DNA of 20,315 nucleotides from Bdellovibrionota bacterium (GTDB lineage Bacteria; Bdellovibrionota_C; UBA2361; JBIKWN01): NCBI GenBank assembly GCA_044356295.1, contig JBIKWN010000044.1, positions 1 to 20,315 of the forward strand, read 5' to 3'. Shown piece by piece: positions 16,423 to 20,315 of this stretch (position 1 is its first letter; each line of letters starts with the position of its first letter). The notes under the pieces were generated by a model. It saw only the letters and a program-made list of their open reading frames with translations, ran no database searches and was not told where the DNA came from. The position numbers and the translations under genes were made by a program.

Positions 16423-17649
16423 TTATTTTTGCACAACATTGATAAGGTCGACCATAGGCATTAGGACAGCAATTACAATAGAGAATACAATACCTCCAAG
16501 TGTAATAATCATAATAGGCTCAATCAGTGAGGTAAGCCCTGCCAAAGATGCCTGAACGTCTTGTTCGTAAGATTTGCCTGCTTTTAAAAGCATAGGCTCC
16601 ATACGACCACTTCGTTCACCAACAGCTACCATATGAGATAAAAGAGAGGGGAATATGCCGCTTCGGCTTAGCTCACCTGCTAGGCTTTTACCTTCCCTGA
16701 CTCCAACAATCGCATTTTCAAGTGCAGCACGGACATGAAAGTTGTTAACTATATTTTTTGCAATGTCCATTGCTGTTAATAGACTGACTCCAGTTGTAAG
16801 GAGTGTTCCGAGCGTTCTTGATACGCGAGCTGTTGCAATCTTTGTATAAAGATTACCAATAAGAGGCATCTTTAAAATAATCATATCGTACGTTTTGCGA
16901 CCTTGATCCGAATTTTTCCATGCAGTAAATCCGTAAACAAGCGCTATTCCTGAGAAGATAAGCGCCCACCAGTATCCAGTGAGTGTGGCAGAGATTCCAA
17001 GTAAAATTCTTGTTGGAAGAGGGAGCACTGCCCCTTGTTTCTGAAAAATTTCAACTATCTGAGGAACGACAAATGTCAGTAATCCAATAACGACCAACGT
17101 GCAAAAACAAAACATCAGAATTGGATAAAACAAAGCAGAAGATATTTTTCTTCGAAGTTCTGCTTGTGCTTCAAGGTAGTCAGCCATATTTTCAAGAACA
17201 GCATCAAGCGTTCCAGACTCTTCGCCCGAGGCAACCATATTTATATACAAGGACGAGAAAGAGGTTTGATAATGTTGTAATGCCTTTGCAAGAGAAGATC
17301 CTTCTTCAACTTTTTCTTTAATCGAGAGGATAATTCGTTTAGTAACAAGACTATCAGTTTGTTCAGATAAGGCGTGCAGCGAAGACACCAGTGGCAGTCC
17401 TGCACCAATCAGGGTTGAAAATTGACGAGTTAGTACGGTGAGCTCGCCTGTTTTGATTTTTGTAGATTGAAATAATTGTTTGACATCAATGTCAGTGAGA
17501 CTCTTTTTTTGAAGTCCCTCACGAATATCAGTAACAAAAACATTTTGACCTTTTAACTTTTGACGGGCAGTGCGAGATGAATCGGATTCAATATTACCTT
17601 TAATCGTTTTCCCTGCTTTATTGAGAGCGGTATATTCAAAAACAGGCAT
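16423..17649 (-). CDS. gspF: Type II secretion system inner membrane protein GspF
   Basis: MPVFEY.AL...GK..KG.IE.DS.R.ARQKL, TRQFSTLIGAGLPL, NMVASGEESGTL, ALFYP, LPLPTRIL, MVAVGERSG, SLIEP. Confidence 0.95.
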   Translation of the reverse strand: MPVFEYTALNKAGKTIKGNIESDSSRTARQKLKGQNVFVTDIREGLQKKSLTDIDVKQLFQSTKIKTGELTVLTRQFSTLIGAGLPLVSSLHALSEQTDSLVTKRIILSIKEKVEEGSSLAKALQHYQTSFSSLYINMVASGEESGTLDAVLENMADYLEAQAELRRKISSALFYPILMFCFCTLVVIGLLTFVVPQIVEIFQKQGAVLPLPTRILLGISATLTGYWWALIFSGIALVYGFTAWKNSDQGRKTYDMIILKMPLIGNLYTKIATARVSRTLGTLLTTGVSLLTAMDIAKNIVNNFHVRAALENAIVGVREGKSLAGELSRSGIFPSLLSHMVAVGERSGRMEPMLLKAGKSYEQDVQASLAGLTSLIEPIMIITLGGIVFSIVIAVLMPMVDLINVVQK

Positions 17650-17658
17650 ACGAGTTTA

Positions 17659-19230
17659 TTAAAAATTTTCTTCGTGGGTCATTAACACGACTTCTTCAAC
17701 AGAAGTTTCCCCGTGTAACACTTTCATAGCACCATCGATTCTTAAAGCTTGGAACCCTCTCTTTTGAGCAGATTGTTTGATTGTTCCCGAATCCATACGT
17801 TGAAGTATGAGTGATCTTATTTCATCGTCTATAACGAGCAACTCGTGTATTCCTGTTCGTCCAACATAACGGTTCCCACGACACGTTTCGCATTCAGCAG
17901 AACCTGGACGATATGCAATTCGGGACGTTACTTGTGATGGATCTAATCCGAGCTCTTTTATAGTTGCATCGGTGAGTTCATATGGTTCTTTACAGTGAGG
18001 GCATAGTCGTCTCACAAGGCGCTGAGCAAGAACAGCGAGTAAAGATGATGAAACAAGGAATGGTTCAACACCCATATCAATAAGTCGTGTAATAGCACCA
18101 GCAGAGTCATTGGTATGTAGTGTCGATAGTACTAAGTGTCCAGTTAACGAAGCCTGTATCGCAATCTCAGCAGTTTCAGTATCTCGGATCTCTCCGACCA
18201 TCACGACGTCTGGATCTTGCCTAAGGATTGCTCGAAGCCCTGAAGCAAACGTAAAACTTATTTTCGGATTTACTTGCATCTGTCCAATCCCTTCAAGTTG
18301 GTACTCGATAGGGTCTTCTACAGTCAGAATATTAAGATCCGATGTATTTATCTTTGTAAGACAAGAATAAAGCGTTGTTGTTTTTCCTGAACCCGTTGGT
18401 CCAGTCACTAGAAAAATACCGTTCGGTTTTTGAATCAGTTTTTCTATGACATCAAGATTTCTTCCTGAAACACCAAGCTGCACAAGATTTAAAACTGTTG
18501 CTGATTTATCAAGAAGTCGCATCACGACACGCTCACCAAATTGAGTTGGTATAGTTGAAACACGAATATCAACGTCTCTTCCGGCAATTTTTAAACCGAT
18601 TCGACCATCTTGGGGAAGTCGCTTCTCGGCGATATTCAAGCCCGCCATAACTTTCACACGTGAAATAATAGCGGCTTGAAATGCTTTATCTTCCTGTGAA
18701 ATATCGTAGAGGACTCCATCGATTCTGAAACGAACTTTTACACGATCCTCGAATGATTCGATATGAACATCTGAAGCACGCTCAGCACTTGCTTTAAAAA
18801 TAATTGCATTTAAAAAACGAATAATAGGGGCATCGTCATCTTCTGAATCTGTTACATCAATCTTTAGCTGTTGTTCAAACCCATCGAACGCGCTCTCTTC
18901 ATTTTCATTAGAAAGAGCACTCGAGCGATCGTTCATTAATGTAGTTCGAATTGCATTAATAGCTTTGGTAATCTCTTCTTGTGTAGTGACAACTATTTCA
19001 AACGGACGCTCATAGCAAAGAGCTAATTGATCAATTGCATGATACTCAAGCGGATTTGCTGTTGCGATTTTAACAACAGATTCATCACCATCGTAAGGAA
19101 TAGTAGAATACTGCCGACCCCAACTTCCAACGATTCTATCAAAATCGCCATGCTTTAGATCCCGTGGAGGATTGGGTTGAGGCAAGCGCTCAAGAAATGG
19201 AAGTTTTAAACTTTCAGCTAGCTCCTTCAT
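17659..19230 (-). CDS. gspE: Type II secretion system ATPase GspE
   Basis: ASDVHIE, NIAEKRLPQDGRI, Walker A GPTGSGKT, TVEDPIEY, LRQDPDVVMVGEIRD, SLTGHLVLSTLHTN and the Zn motif CPHC...CETC. The ATG directly follows the gspD stop (TAAATG). Confidence 0.96.
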   Translation of the reverse strand: MKELAESLKLPFLERLPQPNPPRDLKHGDFDRIVGSWGRQYSTIPYDGDESVVKIATANPLEYHAIDQLALCYERPFEIVVTTQEEITKAINAIRTTLMNDRSSALSNENEESAFDGFEQQLKIDVTDSEDDDAPIIRFLNAIIFKASAERASDVHIESFEDRVKVRFRIDGVLYDISQEDKAFQAAIISRVKVMAGLNIAEKRLPQDGRIGLKIAGRDVDIRVSTIPTQFGERVVMRLLDKSATVLNLVQLGVSGRNLDVIEKLIQKPNGIFLVTGPTGSGKTTTLYSCLTKINTSDLNILTVEDPIEYQLEGIGQMQVNPKISFTFASGLRAILRQDPDVVMVGEIRDTETAEIAIQASLTGHLVLSTLHTNDSAGAITRLIDMGVEPFLVSSSLLAVLAQRLVRRLCPHCKEPYELTDATIKELGLDPSQVTSRIAYRPGSAECETCRGNRYVGRTGIHELLVIDDEIRSLILQRMDSGTIKQSAQKRGFQALRIDGAMKVLHGETSVEEVVLMTHEENF

Positions 19231-20313
19231 TTATTGCTTCTTCCACAATTTCTTCCCGAGATTCATTACTTCAAAAGGAGACAATGTATAAAAAGTAACC
19301 GCCCCTTTATTTGCTGAAGTTGCAGTTTGGCGGTCTGTATAGGCTTCGAGTGCTTTTACTTCAACTGATTGGTCTCCACTTTCATAGAGATATTGTTGAT
19401 TGGGAGTAAAGAACTGTTCTGCCTGCGAACTGCTTCCTGCTGGGATTTCAATACCAAAGACACCATTGGAAGGATCCGGAGAAAAAGGAAGTCGATTGAC
19501 TTCATCAGTTTTACTAGCTTTGAACAGAATAAAACGTTTCGAGCCAGAAGATCCCTTACTTGCAAGACCAGAAGAGATGGATTTAGGAAACTTAGGAGCA
19601 ACTTTTAATTGGATAACACCAGGTGTATCAGAATTATATTCTTTTGTTACTGAAGCAGGTGCAGAGATATCGTTGGAATCTTTTGCACCTTGTACCGCTC
19701 CATTATCAAGAGGGGGCAAGATAGTCGTTGGCTTGGTTCCATCAAAACTTCGAATGTCGGTGACTTTATCCATTTTCTCGCTGTGTAATACTTCCGATCG
19801 ATCCGGCAAACTCTTTTGCCGTGCAAGTTCATCAGCCATCTCATTAGAGCGCTCTTTCGAGATATCTCTTGCATCATATTGATCTTGCAATATGCGAGGT
19901 GTGATAAAGATTAATAGATTGGTTTTTTGTGATTGGATATTGGAACTTTTAAACGCCCACCCAAGGATTGGAACATCTTTTAAGAATGGTACCCCAGTGT
20001 CTGTATCATTTTTTGCATCTGCCATGAGTCCGCCAATAACAACCATCTGACCATCTTTAGCAATAATGCTGGTTTCACTAGTACGAATTGAAGTTGTAGG
20101 GCCAAGCTCAACAGATTGAGAAGCGATGCTACTGACCTCTGTAAATAATTTTAAGTTAACAAAAGATTCAGAGCTTATTTGCGGAGTTAATCGAAGGGTA
20201 ATACCAACATCCTGCCTATCAATCTGATTAAATTGGTTGTTTATATTTTGTAGGTCAGTAGAACGTCCTGCAATGAAAGGGACATTCTGTCCAACAACGA
20301 TTTCAGCTTCTTC
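19231..20313 (-). CDS. gspD: Type II secretion system secretin GspD, C-terminal part (5'-truncated by the window)
   Basis: The frame is open to the window edge: EEAEIVVGQNVPF...DRQDVGITLRLTPQI...DGQMVVIGGLM...GVPFLKDVPILGWAFKS...KTNLLIFITPRIL (secretin signature), then a long C-terminal extension. Confidence 0.95.
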   Translation of the reverse strand, partial: EEAEIVVGQNVPFIAGRSTDLQNINNQFNQIDRQDVGITLRLTPQISSESFVNLKLFTEVSSIASQSVELGPTTSIRTSETSIIAKDGQMVVIGGLMADAKNDTDTGVPFLKDVPILGWAFKSSNIQSQKTNLLIFITPRILQDQYDARDISKERSNEMADELARQKSLPDRSEVLHSEKMDKVTDIRSFDGTKPTTILPPLDNGAVQGAKDSNDISAPASVTKEYNSDTPGVIQLKVAPKFPKSISSGLASKGSSGSKRFILFKASKTDEVNRLPFSPDPSNGVFGIEIPAGSSSQAEQFFTPNQQYLYESGDQSVEVKALEAYTDRQTATSANKGAVTFYTLSPFEVMNLGKKLWKKQ

Positions 20314-20315
20314 GT

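Noticed and set aside
19400..19882. 160-aa + strand ORF (also 19369..19608, 19356..19601, 19647..19877)
   Set aside because: Antisense or alternative-frame shadows inside gspD with no recognisable motifs.
11216..20313. Reading the cluster as type IV pilus genes (pilQ/B/C/M/N/O)
   Set aside because: The D-E-F-G-H-I-J-L-M-N order, the T2SSG motif (DAWG..FQY, SLGAD) and the absence of a PilT gene in the window support a T2SS.
1..20315. CRISPR arrays, tRNA/rRNA genes, IS or prophage elements
   Set aside because: All intergenic gaps are under about 140 bp. I saw no spaced direct repeats, cloverleaf-like sequences, transposase or integrase motifs.

Overview
Gene-dense (roughly 40% GC by eye) bacterial chromosomal segment with two convergent blocks that meet at a 14-bp-stem hairpin at about 8.55-8.59 kb. 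The + strand block holds the end of an aromatic-acid CoA-thioester catabolic cluster (acyl-CoA dehydrogenase 3' end, RidA-family protein, 2-aminobenzoate/benzoate-CoA ligase), then ruvA-ruvB, a DUF4390-like exported protein, an NtrY-like sensor kinase with no adjacent response regulator, class 1 fructose-1,6-bisphosphatase and a bacterial PH-domain membrane protein. The - strand block holds a type II secretion operon, gspD(partial)-E-F-G-H-I-J-L-M-N. It has no gspK at the canonical position, a secretin with a long C-terminal extension, and an atypical Cys-containing major pseudopilin. It is followed by a Cys-rich modular secreted protein, a membrane-anchored coiled-coil protein and a small winged-helix protein. 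Two of these downstream genes have -35/-10-like hexamers exactly 6 nt upstream of the ATG and no Shine-Dalgarno, suggesting leaderless mRNAs. The gene style suggests a deltaproteobacterial/Bdellovibrionota-like lineage, but that is inference only. I saw no RNA genes, CRISPR arrays or mobile elements. All calls come from reading motifs by eye; no database searches were run.
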